64,000 nt of DNA from Gemmatimonadales bacterium (GCA_035519565.1 DATIWD010000066.1:12298-76297), one strand, 5' to 3'; counted from the stretch's first letter, positions 9,155 through 17,197 are shown. Numbers and translations: made by a program. The notes: generated by a model from the sequence alone, not told the origin.

Positions 9155-10123
9155 ATGTCGAAGCCCTTCTCGTATCCAATGTGGCGTGCGCTGGGCCTGA
9201 TCTCCGCGTCGGCTTTCCTCGCGGCGAGCCCGGCGCTGGCGCAGACATCGGCCGCGGACCTCGCGGCCCGACTCAGTGCCATGAGCGCCGTCACCGGCTA
9301 TGAGCAGCGAATGGTCGACACCATGCTGACCTTGCTTCCGGGTGCCAAGCGGGATCGGGCAGGGGATGCGGTACTGGTCCTGGGCTCGGGTGAACCCCGG
9401 CGGCTGATCGCCTGCCCGCTGGATGAGCCGGGATACGCGGTCGGTGGGTTACGAGATGATGGCTATCTCACGCTGCGCCGGTTGCCGGGACACAACATCC
9501 CGCCGCTCTTCGACCAGCAACTCGAGGGGCAACGGGTCACCGTCTTCGGCCGGTTGGGCGCCGTGCCCGGCGTCGTCGCGGTGCGGTCTACCCACCTGAC
9601 GCGCGGCCGGTCTGGCGGATCCGACGATCCCTTTACCGTGGACGGCGCCTACGTGGATGTCGGCGCCTCCAGTCGGGCCGACCTGGCCCGCCTCGGCGTC
9701 ACCGTTCTCTCTCCCGTTACTCTGGCCAAGCGTCCTCATCGTTACGGGCGCGATCTCCTGGCAGCGCCGGTGGCCGGCCGCCGATCGGCTTGCGCAGCGC
9801 TGCTGGCCGCCGCCCGTGCTCGACAGGTGAAGGGAACCGTGGTGATCGCCCTGGTCGTGGAACAGAACCTCTATCGCCGCGGCATCCTGACTGTGGCCAA
9901 TGTGGGGGGCCCCGTCGACCAAGTCGTGTTGCTCACCGCTCGCGCCGGCGAGTTGGGCACCATCGGCACCGAGGCCGAGACCGACCCCGTGCCCAACGCG
10001 CGCGAATCGGTCCGCTGGCTGTTGCCGGTCCGGTTTGCAGATTCGCCAGTGGAGACCGTGTCTTTGGGAGACGTGGCAAAGCTTCAGCAGCGGGTAGAGC
10101 GGTGGATGGGGGGTGGAGAATGA
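9155..10123 (+). CDS. Exported M42 (FrvX/TET aminopeptidase)-like protein with degenerate metal site (probable pseudo-peptidase)
   Basis: Sec-type signal MWRALGLISASAFLAASPALAQT. It is co-linear with the downstream M42 paralogue, but the AHLDEIGF motif is CPLDEPGY, the DDR metal motif is replaced (VAGRRSA) and EE is EQ. Confidence 0.65.
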   Translation: MSKPFSYPMWRALGLISASAFLAASPALAQTSAADLAARLSAMSAVTGYEQRMVDTMLTLLPGAKRDRAGDAVLVLGSGEPRRLIACPLDEPGYAVGGLRDDGYLTLRRLPGHNIPPLFDQQLEGQRVTVFGRLGAVPGVVAVRSTHLTRGRSGGSDDPFTVDGAYVDVGASSRADLARLGVTVLSPVTLAKRPHRYGRDLLAAPVAGRRSACAALLAAARARQVKGTVVIALVVEQNLYRRGILTVANVGGPVDQVVLLTARAGELGTIGTEAETDPVPNARESVRWLLPVRFADSPVETVSLGDVAKLQQRVERWMGGGE

Positions 10124-11310
10124 CACTGAGTCGCTGGCTGCTCAGCACCAGGCACATGCCGCGGGAGGCCGCCCTGTCCGCCCTGTCCGTCCGCAGATTT
10201 CACAGATCTATCCGCAGATTGCACAGACAGACCGTCTTGTCCGTCTTGTCCGTCTTGTCCGTCTTCACCACCCTGTCCGCGCAAACTTCTGTCCCCGTCA
10301 CGGAAGCCGAATCCATCCTCCGGCCGCTGGTCGAGAGCTATGGCGTCTCAGGGATGGAAGCCCCGGTGCGGGAGACCGTGAAGCGTCTGTTGCCGGTATG
10401 GGCCAAGACGGAGACCGACACGGCTGGAAATCTCTGGGTGCGCGTCGGCAAGGGCGATCCAATCGTGGTCATCGTCGCCCACCTGGATGAGATCGGGTTC
10501 CGCGTCACGAAAATCCGGGAGGACGGGACCCTCGAGCTGGAGCGGCGCGGCGGTTTCTTCCCCTCGCTCTTCGAAGGCCGGCCGGCCTTGGTCCATACCG
10601 AGCAGGGGCCGGTACCCGGGGTGTTCATGCCGCGCGATAGCGTGACGGCCGGCGAACGGCGCACCCCGCCTCCGCTCCGGGCCGACGTCGGTGTTTCCAG
10701 CGCCGAGGGCGTCGAGCAGCTGGGCATTCGGGTGGGGACCACGCTCACCATGGTCAAGCAGTACGTCCGGCTGGCGGGCACCCGGGCGACCGGCCGCTCC
10801 TTCGACGACCGGATGGGGTGCGCGGCCTTGATCCTGGCCCTCAAACACCTCGATCGGGCTCGGCTCAAGCACCAGGTGATCTTCGTCTGGAGTGTGCGCG
10901 AGGAAATCGGCCTGGAGGGCGCCACCGCGGTGGCCAATCAGCTCGGCCTCTCGACCGCTCGGGTGCATGCCGTGGATACCTTCGTCTCCGCCGATTCTCC
11001 CCTGGAGGTCCAGACCTTCGCGGTGGCTCCGGTGGGGAAGGGCGCCGTGGCCCGGGCGCTGGATAACAGCGCGATCACGCCGCCGGCACAGCTGGATTCC
11101 CTGGTCGCGCTGGCCAAGCGCCGCGGCATCGCGCTTCAGGTCGGTACCACCAACGGCGGGAACGACGGCTCGGTGTTCGCTCCCTATGGTGTTCCCGACG
11201 TGCCGATCGCCTGGCCGCTCCGCTACTCGCACTCACCGGCTGAGCTCATCGACCTCAAGGATCTGGTGAGTATGGGTGAGCTGACTCGGGCGATTGCGGA
11301 AGACTGGTAA
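10120..11310 (+). CDS. M42 family metallopeptidase (glutamyl aminopeptidase / TET-like), apparently exported
   Basis: Metal and catalytic motifs are intact: VAHLDEIGF, SFDDRMGC, VREEIGLEGA, HAVDTF, RYSHSPAE. I place the start at ATG 10120, which overlaps the upstream stop (ATGA). The track ORF 9790-11310 extends upstream only as an R/G-rich overlap. Confidence 0.8.
   Translation: MTLSRWLLSTRHMPREAALSALSVRRFHRSIRRLHRQTVLSVLSVLSVFTTLSAQTSVPVTEAESILRPLVESYGVSGMEAPVRETVKRLLPVWAKTETDTAGNLWVRVGKGDPIVVIVAHLDEIGFRVTKIREDGTLELERRGGFFPSLFEGRPALVHTEQGPVPGVFMPRDSVTAGERRTPPPLRADVGVSSAEGVEQLGIRVGTTLTMVKQYVRLAGTRATGRSFDDRMGCAALILALKHLDRARLKHQVIFVWSVREEIGLEGATAVANQLGLSTARVHAVDTFVSADSPLEVQTFAVAPVGKGAVARALDNSAITPPAQLDSLVALAKRRGIALQVGTTNGGNDGSVFAPYGVPDVPIAWPLRYSHSPAELIDLKDLVSMGELTRAIAEDW
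10171..10266 (+). repeat. In-frame tandem repeats inside the 5' end of the M42 gene
   Basis: GCCCTGTCC x2 (10171-10188). TCCGCAGATT(T/G)CACAGA x2 as a 21-nt unit. GTCTTGTCC x3 plus GTCTTC (10234-10266). Together these encode ALSALS / VRRFHRS-IRRLHRQ / VLSVLSVLSV. Confidence 0.85.
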
Positions 11311-11548
11311 GACGGTTGGAGCGAGAGGTCAGTGACTCAGGCCGCCGACCCGACCTGCGTGGTGTGGTAGAGTTGCCCCGTCGGCCGGAGGGCCTGGGCC
11401 TGTCGCATCGGGTGATGGAAAGCGTTCTCAACCGCCGACTGTGGGTCCGGGGAGGCCTTTATGCACCAAGCCTCTGAACGCGTTGGCGTTCGGGTCATCT
11501 CTCCTGGATTCGAAGGAGCCGTACAGGTTGCCGCTCTGAGAAACGAGA

Positions 11549-11577
11549 GGGCCGCGGCACCGCTCCAGCCGCGGCCC
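11549..11577 (+). other. GC-rich stem-loop (9-bp stem GGGCCGCGG / CCGCGGCCC, 11-nt loop)
   Basis: Read directly. No U-tract follows it. It lies about 240 nt after the M42 stop and 39 nt before the argG ATG. Confidence 0.5.
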
Positions 11578-11578
11578 C

Positions 11579-11615
11579 TTGCGCCGGGTCCATGAAATCA
11601 GCATAGTTATGCACT
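11579..11615 (+). promoter_or_regulatory. Candidate argG promoter (TTGCGC-17-CATAGT) overlapping an AT-rich palindrome (GCATAGTTATGC); possible ArgR operator; argG possibly leaderless
   Basis: TTGCGC is at 11579-11584 and CATAGT at 11602-11607. Palindrome GCATA-GT-TATGC is at 11601-11612. The argG ATG at 11616 has no SD-like sequence upstream. This is the only strongly AT-rich patch in the region. Confidence 0.3.
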
Positions 11616-12809
11616 ATGCAACCACGGGAACCACTGGTCCTCGCCTTCTCCGGCGGGCTGGATACCTCCTACTGTGTCCCCCGCCTCACCGATCAGGGGT
11701 GGGCGGTCCATACCGCGTACGTCGACACCGGCGGCGCCTCTGCCGAAGAACGGGCCGCCATTCGCCGCCAGGCCCGGGCCGTCGGAGCCGTCGAGCACCA
11801 TGAGGTCGACGCCCGCGCCGCCGTCTACGACCGCTTCGTCCGCTTCTTGATCCAGGGCAACATCCTCCGTGGTGAGGTATACCCTCTCTCAGTCTCGGCG
11901 GAACGGACTCAGCAGGCGATTTCGGTGGTGGAAGTCGCGCGGAAGGTGGGCGCCAAGGCCGTCGCCCATGGGTCCACGGGAGCCGGCAACGATCAGATCC
12001 GCTTCGACGTCGCCTTCCGGGTGCTGGCCCCCGACCTCGACATCCGGACCCCGATTCGAGAAGAGGGGATTCCGCGCGCCCAGGCGATCGCCTACCTCGA
12101 GCAACGCGAGCTCCCGGTCCCGCCCAAGGCCGGGGCCTATTCCATCAATCAGGGGCTCTGGGGGACCACCTGGGGTGGCGGCTGGACCCACGATACCTGG
12201 GCCGGTCCGCCTGCCGATCTGCTGAACATCCCGCCGGACGCGCCAGCCCCGGGCGAGATCGTCCTGCGCTGGGAGCGCGGCCTTCCCATTGAGCTGGACG
12301 AAGCTCCGGTGAGCGGCCCGGACCTGATCGCGCGGCTGAGCGAGCTGGCCCGTGCCTACGGATTCGGACACAACATTCACGTCGGGGAGACCGCGCTCGG
12401 CATCAAGGGACGCATCGGCTTCGAAGCGGGGGCCGCGCTGCTTCTGATCGCCGCGCACCGGGAGCTGGAGAAACTGGTGCTCACCAAGTGGCAGGCCTTC
12501 TGGAAAGACCAGCTCAGCCGCTTCTATGGTGACCGCCTGCACGAAGGCCATTACTTCGACCCCGCCCTCCGCGATATCGAGGCGCTGATCACCGCCTCTC
12601 AGCAGCGCGTCACCGGTGAGACCCGCGTGCGGTTGGAGCCGGGGCGATTCCAGGTCGTGGGGACTCGAAGCCCGCACTCGATGATGGATCCCTCGGTCGC
12701 CACCTACGGCGAAGCCAATCGGCTGTGGACCGGCGAGGAGGCGCGGGGCTTCGCGCGAGTGTCGGCGATCCCGGAGCTGCTGGCTCGGAAGGCAGGCGGG
12801 GTCGAGTAG
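11616..12809 (+). CDS. argG: Argininosuccinate synthase
   Basis: N-terminal PP-loop LVLAFSGGLDTSYC, with full-length ArgG-like sequence (397 aa). Confidence 0.92.
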   Translation: MQPREPLVLAFSGGLDTSYCVPRLTDQGWAVHTAYVDTGGASAEERAAIRRQARAVGAVEHHEVDARAAVYDRFVRFLIQGNILRGEVYPLSVSAERTQQAISVVEVARKVGAKAVAHGSTGAGNDQIRFDVAFRVLAPDLDIRTPIREEGIPRAQAIAYLEQRELPVPPKAGAYSINQGLWGTTWGGGWTHDTWAGPPADLLNIPPDAPAPGEIVLRWERGLPIELDEAPVSGPDLIARLSELARAYGFGHNIHVGETALGIKGRIGFEAGAALLLIAAHRELEKLVLTKWQAFWKDQLSRFYGDRLHEGHYFDPALRDIEALITASQQRVTGETRVRLEPGRFQVVGTRSPHSMMDPSVATYGEANRLWTGEEARGFARVSAIPELLARKAGGVE

Positions 12810-12812
12810 GTC

Positions 12813-12865
12813 TCAAGTCGCAAGCTCCAAGTCACATCGCGACTTGTGACCTGTGACTTGCGACC
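12813..12865. repeat. Intercistronic imperfect hairpin built from CAAGTC/GACTTG-type short repeats
   Basis: Sequence is caagtcgcaagctccaagtcaca tcgc gacttgtgacctgtgacttgcgacc. CAAGTC pairs with GACTTG and GTCGCAAG with CTTGCGAC. It lies between argG and the next gene. Confidence 0.75.
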
Positions 12866-12901
12866 TCAACTCGTGATCCTTGCCTTGAATGGAGTAGAGG
12901 G

Positions 12902-14014
12902 ATGGTAAAGACAACTCGTGTGCATCTGGACAAGATCTCGTCCTCGACCAAGAACGCCCACCTGAGCCCGGAGGTGATCGTCGGAGACGAGATCATCTCG
13001 GCGGAAGGCTATGTGCTGGCCGTGCGCATCCTGCAGGACAAGTCCACCTACAACACGGTGGAAGACCTGACTGGCCGCATGGTCTCACTGCGCGCCGGAG
13101 ACGTGCTGGCAGGCACGCTCGGGTGCCGGCGAGCGCTCCGGGGCTACGCCGGTGAAGTGCCTGGCACTCTCGCCGTGGGCGATACCATCGAAGTCCTCAA
13201 CCTGGGCGGGATCCTGGGGCGCTGCACTTCGATCAATCCCGACATCGGTCCGCCCTTCAAGGCAGAGGTCCTGGGCGCGGTGCTCAGCTTCCCCGAGCTG
13301 GGTGATCGAATCGGTCGGCCGGCCCACATTCGCGACCAGGCGGTTCCGCCTGCCGAGCAATTGGAGTCGCCGGTTCCGGTGGTGTACGTGGCGGGAACCT
13401 GCATGAACGCGGGAAAAACCGTCGCGGCCACCGAGCTGGTGCGAGGGCTCTCTCGATCGGGTCTCCGGGTCGCAGCCGCCAAGCTCACCGGGGTGAGCCT
13501 CATGCGGGATATGCTGTCCATGCTCGACGCCGGCGCCATTGCGGCTCTGACCTTCAACGACGCCGGGATCGCCACCACGCATGCCGGGGTGACGGTGGCG
13601 GCCGCCAAAGGCGTCTTCAATCGGCTGAGTGGGACCCGGCCCGACGTCATCGTGGCCGAGTTGGGCGATGGTATCCTGGGCGAATACGGGGTGCAGGACA
13701 TCCTGCTGGACCGGGAGCTGATGAGCGTGGGGGCCGCCTACGTGATGGCCGCACCGGATCCGGTCGGCTGCTGGGGCGCCGCCGAGCTGATGAAGCATCA
13801 GTTCAACCTCGAGATCACCGTCATTACCGGACCCGCGACAGACAACGAGGTCGGCCGCGACTACGTCAAGGCCGCGCTCAGGCTGCCGGCTCACAACGCC
13901 CTCCGCGACGCGCCCGGCCTGGTGCAGGTCGTCCTCGACGCGCTGGAGGCTCGGGGGGCGGAGCCGCAGATGCCCGCCGCATCCACCGCCGATCACCCCG
14001 CGTTGGCATGCTGA
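12902..14014 (+). CDS. Uncharacterised protein with a BioD/DUF1611-like GX5GK[ST] P-loop, embedded in the arginine operon
   Basis: 370-aa ORF with an SD (ggagtagaggg) before the ATG. The N-terminal ~130 aa look like a small beta-barrel. The central motif VYVAGTCMNAGKTVAATELV resembles GTDxxVGKT-type loops. Its stop overlaps the argC start (ATGCTGA). Confidence 0.6.
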   Translation: MVKTTRVHLDKISSSTKNAHLSPEVIVGDEIISAEGYVLAVRILQDKSTYNTVEDLTGRMVSLRAGDVLAGTLGCRRALRGYAGEVPGTLAVGDTIEVLNLGGILGRCTSINPDIGPPFKAEVLGAVLSFPELGDRIGRPAHIRDQAVPPAEQLESPVPVVYVAGTCMNAGKTVAATELVRGLSRSGLRVAAAKLTGVSLMRDMLSMLDAGAIAALTFNDAGIATTHAGVTVAAAKGVFNRLSGTRPDVIVAELGDGILGEYGVQDILLDRELMSVGAAYVMAAPDPVGCWGAAELMKHQFNLEITVITGPATDNEVGRDYVKAALRLPAHNALRDAPGLVQVVLDALEARGAEPQMPAASTADHPALAC

Positions 14015-15042
14015 AAGTCGCGGTGATCGGCGCCGGCGGATACGTCGGCGGCGAGTTGCTTCGCATTCTGGCCCAGCATCCCGATGTGGGAGAGTGGATC
14101 GCCACCAGCCGGAGCAAGGCAGGGACCCCGATCGGGGCCACCCACCCGGCCCTGGCTCCGCTCACCGCCGCGATTTTTTCCGGCGACGACGCCTCGACAG
14201 CCGCCCGGGGCCGTGACGTGGTGTTCCTCGCGCTCGAGCACGGCGAATCATCCAAGTGGGCCAGGGAGCTCTTCGACGCGCGCCCGGGGATGGTGATCGA
14301 CCTGTCGGCGGATTTCCGGATCTCCGATCCCGCCCTCTACCGGGCGCACTACGGGGAACATGCAGCGCCGGCTCTGCTGGGCCGATTCACCTACGCCCTC
14401 GCCGACGTGCTGGGAGACCGGCTCCGCGGCAAGACGGCCCTCGCCGCCCCCGGCTGTTTTGCTACTGCGGCGCAGCTCGCTCTCTATCCACTGGCCACCG
14501 CCGACCTGGCGGGCCCGCCCGCACTGTTCGCGATCACCGGCTCGAGCGGCGCCGGGGTCCAGCCTCGCCCGACGACGCACCACCCGATGCGGGCGCACAA
14601 TCTCTTCGCCTATTCGATACTCAGCCATCGCCACGAAGGCGAGATCCTAGAGCGCTGGCGGCAGTGGACCGGTCGTCCCGATGCGGCCGCCCGACTCATG
14701 ACCCATTCGGGGCCTTTCGTGCGAGGGATCTACCTCACGCTCTACGCGCGCCTTCGCCGCGCCGCCGCCGCCGGCGAACTGGCGCAGAGGTATCGAACCA
14801 CGTTTGCCGGCCGGCCCTTCGTGCGGGTCCTGGATCAGCCTCCCGAGCTGACCCACGTGGTCGGCACCAACTACGCGCAGGTCTACGCCGCGCAGTCAGC
14901 CGATGGAAGCGAGATCCAGGTCATGGTCGCCATTGATAACCTGGTGAAAGGCGCCGGTGGACAGGCCGTCCAGGCGATGAATCTGGCCCTGGGTCTCGGC
15001 GAGGAGCGGGGCCTCGGCTTCGCGGGAGTGTATCCATGCTGA
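14008..15042 (+). CDS. argC: N-acetyl-gamma-glutamyl-phosphate reductase
   Basis: MLKVAVIGAGGYVGGELLRIL dinucleotide fold; catalytic Cys in APGCFATAAQLAL. Confidence 0.9.
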   Translation: MLKVAVIGAGGYVGGELLRILAQHPDVGEWIATSRSKAGTPIGATHPALAPLTAAIFSGDDASTAARGRDVVFLALEHGESSKWARELFDARPGMVIDLSADFRISDPALYRAHYGEHAAPALLGRFTYALADVLGDRLRGKTALAAPGCFATAAQLALYPLATADLAGPPALFAITGSSGAGVQPRPTTHHPMRAHNLFAYSILSHRHEGEILERWRQWTGRPDAAARLMTHSGPFVRGIYLTLYARLRRAAAAGELAQRYRTTFAGRPFVRVLDQPPELTHVVGTNYAQVYAAQSADGSEIQVMVAIDNLVKGAGGQAVQAMNLALGLGEERGLGFAGVYPC

Positions 15043-16181
15043 GTGGCCAGTCCGCGCTGCTTCCGGTCTATGCCCAGATGCCGATCCGCCCGGTCTCGGG
15101 GCAGGGGTCGTGGTTGATCGACGAGGAGGGGAACCGCTGGCTCGACGCCTACGGCGGCCACGCGGTCGCCGCTACCGGGCACTGCCATCCCCACGTGGTC
15201 GCGGCGATCAAGGAGCAGGCCGGCAAGCTGCTGTTCTACTCCACCGCCGTGCCGCACGAGAATCGGGAGCGGCTGGCGGCCAAGCTGGCCGAGCTGTGCC
15301 CCACGCCGCTCGAGCGGGTCTTTTTCTGCAATTCAGGCGCGGAGGCCAACGAGAACGCGCTGCATCTCGCCCGGCGGGCGACCGGGCGCGCGCAGATCGT
15401 CTCGCTCACCGGCGGATGGCACGGCCGCACCCTCGCCACCCAGGCCTGTACCGACGGGGCCCGATACGAAGCCGCCGCTCGCCGCGCCGGAATGCCGGTG
15501 TCCATCAAGGTGGCGTTCAACGATGTATCCGGTCTCGAGATCGCGATGGACGATTCGGTCGCGGCCCTGATTCTCGAGCCGGTACAGGGGATGGCTGGAG
15601 CGCGGACCTGCTCGCGGGAGTTCCTCGAGGCGGCGCGGCGTCTCTGCGATCGGCATGGGGCGGTGTTGATCTTCGACGAAGTCCAGTGCGGAGTGGGGCG
15701 CTGCGGCGCCTTCACGGCGGCCGAGGCCTTCGACGTCACCCCCGACATCCTGACCATGGCCAAGGGGCTTGCCTCCGGGATCCCGATCGGGGCGGTGGTC
15801 GCCTCCGAGACGGTCACCTCCGGCATCACCATCGGAGACTTGGGGAGCACCTTCGGCGGGGGCCCGGTCCCCTGTGCCGCGGCGCTGGCCACCATCGAGG
15901 TGATCGAACGCGAGGGTCTGATTGCCAACGCGGCGCGCGTTGGCGGCCATTTGCGGGCCGGCGCCCTGGCTCTCAAGGTGCCGGAGGTCCACGGTCGCGG
16001 GCTGCTGCTGGGTCTCAGGCTGGGGCGGCCCGCCGCGCCGGTTCAACGCGCCCTGTTCGAGCATCGCATCCTGACCGGCGGCGCCTCCGATGCCGAGGTC
16101 CTGCGTCTGCTCCCCCCGCTCTCCTTCAGCATCGAAGAGGCCGGCCTGGTTCTCAAGGCATTGGCCGAGGTGCTCAAGTGA
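15036..16181 (+). CDS. argD: Acetylornithine aminotransferase (class III PLP aminotransferase)
   Basis: Motifs GGHAVAATGHCHP, FDEVQCGVGRCG and PLP-lysine context TMAKGLASGIP. Its start overlaps the argC stop (ATGCTGA). Confidence 0.88.
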   Translation: MLSGQSALLPVYAQMPIRPVSGQGSWLIDEEGNRWLDAYGGHAVAATGHCHPHVVAAIKEQAGKLLFYSTAVPHENRERLAAKLAELCPTPLERVFFCNSGAEANENALHLARRATGRAQIVSLTGGWHGRTLATQACTDGARYEAAARRAGMPVSIKVAFNDVSGLEIAMDDSVAALILEPVQGMAGARTCSREFLEAARRLCDRHGAVLIFDEVQCGVGRCGAFTAAEAFDVTPDILTMAKGLASGIPIGAVVASETVTSGITIGDLGSTFGGGPVPCAAALATIEVIEREGLIANAARVGGHLRAGALALKVPEVHGRGLLLGLRLGRPAAPVQRALFEHRILTGGASDAEVLRLLPPLSFSIEEAGLVLKALAEVLK

Positions 16182-17197
16182 CCAAGCGCGATTTCCTTGC
16201 GGTCGAGGACTGGCCACCGGAACACGTGGATGCACTCTTGCGCCTGGCGAGCCGGATCAAGCGCGGCGAGGTGACCGGCGGTCTCGAGCGGAAGGTGATG
16301 GCCATGGTGTTTCTCGACCCCAGCCTCCGCACCCGGACCAGCTTCGAGACCGCCATGTTCCTCCATGGAGGCCACGCGGTCGCCCTGGAACCGGGTCGAA
16401 ACAGCTGGGCGCTGGAGACCGAGATCGGGGCGGTGATGGATGGCGCCAACGTCGAGCACATCGTCGACGCGGCGCGCGTGCTGGGGCGCTATGCCGACGT
16501 CGCCGGGATCCGGGCCTTTCCCCGTGGCGATAACTGGGCGGCGGTGCGGGACGATCACGTGCTCCGGACCTTCGCCCGCTATTGCGAGAAGCCGGTCATC
16601 AACCTCGAGTCGGCCCGGCGCCATCCCTGCCAGCAGCTGGCGGATGCGCTGACCCTCAAGGAGCGAGTGGGCGACACTCGGGGCAAGCGATTCGTGCTGA
16701 CCTGGACCTGGCATCCCAAGTCACTCCCTACCGCGGTGCCCGCCAGCGCCGCGCTTGCCGCAGCCAGCCTCGGCATGGAGGTGGTGATCGCCCGCCCGGA
16801 CGGCTACGAGCTGGATCCCGAGGATACGGCGCTGATCCGGAAGATCACCGTGCAGCAGGGTGGAGAGCTGGTGAGCATCATCAACGACCCCGATGAAGCG
16901 GTCGTGGGCGCCGACGTGGTGTACGCCAAGGCCTGGGGATCAGTGAAGTTGTTCGGGAAGCCGGAAGAGGAAGCCGTGCTTCGGAATGCCAATCGGGATT
17001 GGGGGCTCACCGCGCGCCGGCTCAAGTCTACGCGAGGCGGACAGGCCGTGGTGATGCACTGCCTTCCGGTACGGCGCAACGTGGAGATCGATGACGAGGT
17101 GCTCGACGGCCCCACTTCGGCCGTGGTCGATCAAGCGGAAAACCGATTGCACGTGCAGAGGGCACTGTTACTCGAGATGCTAGGAGCTAGGAGCTAG
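16178..17197 (+). CDS. argF': N-acyl-L-ornithine carbamoyltransferase (ArgF' type: N-acetyl- or N-succinyl-ornithine transcarbamylase)
   Basis: GTG at 16178 overlaps the argD stop (GTGA). It has PSLRTRTSFE instead of the OTCase STRTR, plus HPCQ and HCLPVRRN motifs. It is co-linear with the Xanthomonas AOTCase as I remember it. The upstream part of track ORF 15110-17197 is an off-frame over argD. Confidence 0.8.
   Translation: MTKRDFLAVEDWPPEHVDALLRLASRIKRGEVTGGLERKVMAMVFLDPSLRTRTSFETAMFLHGGHAVALEPGRNSWALETEIGAVMDGANVEHIVDAARVLGRYADVAGIRAFPRGDNWAAVRDDHVLRTFARYCEKPVINLESARRHPCQQLADALTLKERVGDTRGKRFVLTWTWHPKSLPTAVPASAALAAASLGMEVVIARPDGYELDPEDTALIRKITVQQGGELVSIINDPDEAVVGADVVYAKAWGSVKLFGKPEEEAVLRNANRDWGLTARRLKSTRGGQAVVMHCLPVRRNVEIDDEVLDGPTSAVVDQAENRLHVQRALLLEMLGARS

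Noticed and set aside
9790-10119. Upstream extension of the M42 ORF (track start 9790).
   Set aside because: It overlaps the preceding M42-like gene in another frame and has off-frame composition. ATG 10120 forms an ATGA junction with the upstream stop.
11461-11595. Small ORF plus hairpin upstream of argG considered as an arginine leader-peptide attenuator.
   Set aside because: Only 4 of 44 codons are Arg and they are not clustered. The hairpin has no U-tract, and a promoter-like element lies between the hairpin and argG. It is kept only as an unexplained small ORF.
15110-16177. 5' two-thirds of the 695-aa ORF 15110-17197, which would suggest a giant fusion protein across argD and argF'.
   Set aside because: That part is an R/G-rich off-frame over argD. 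The ArgF' similarity begins exactly at GTG 16178, which overlaps the argD stop.
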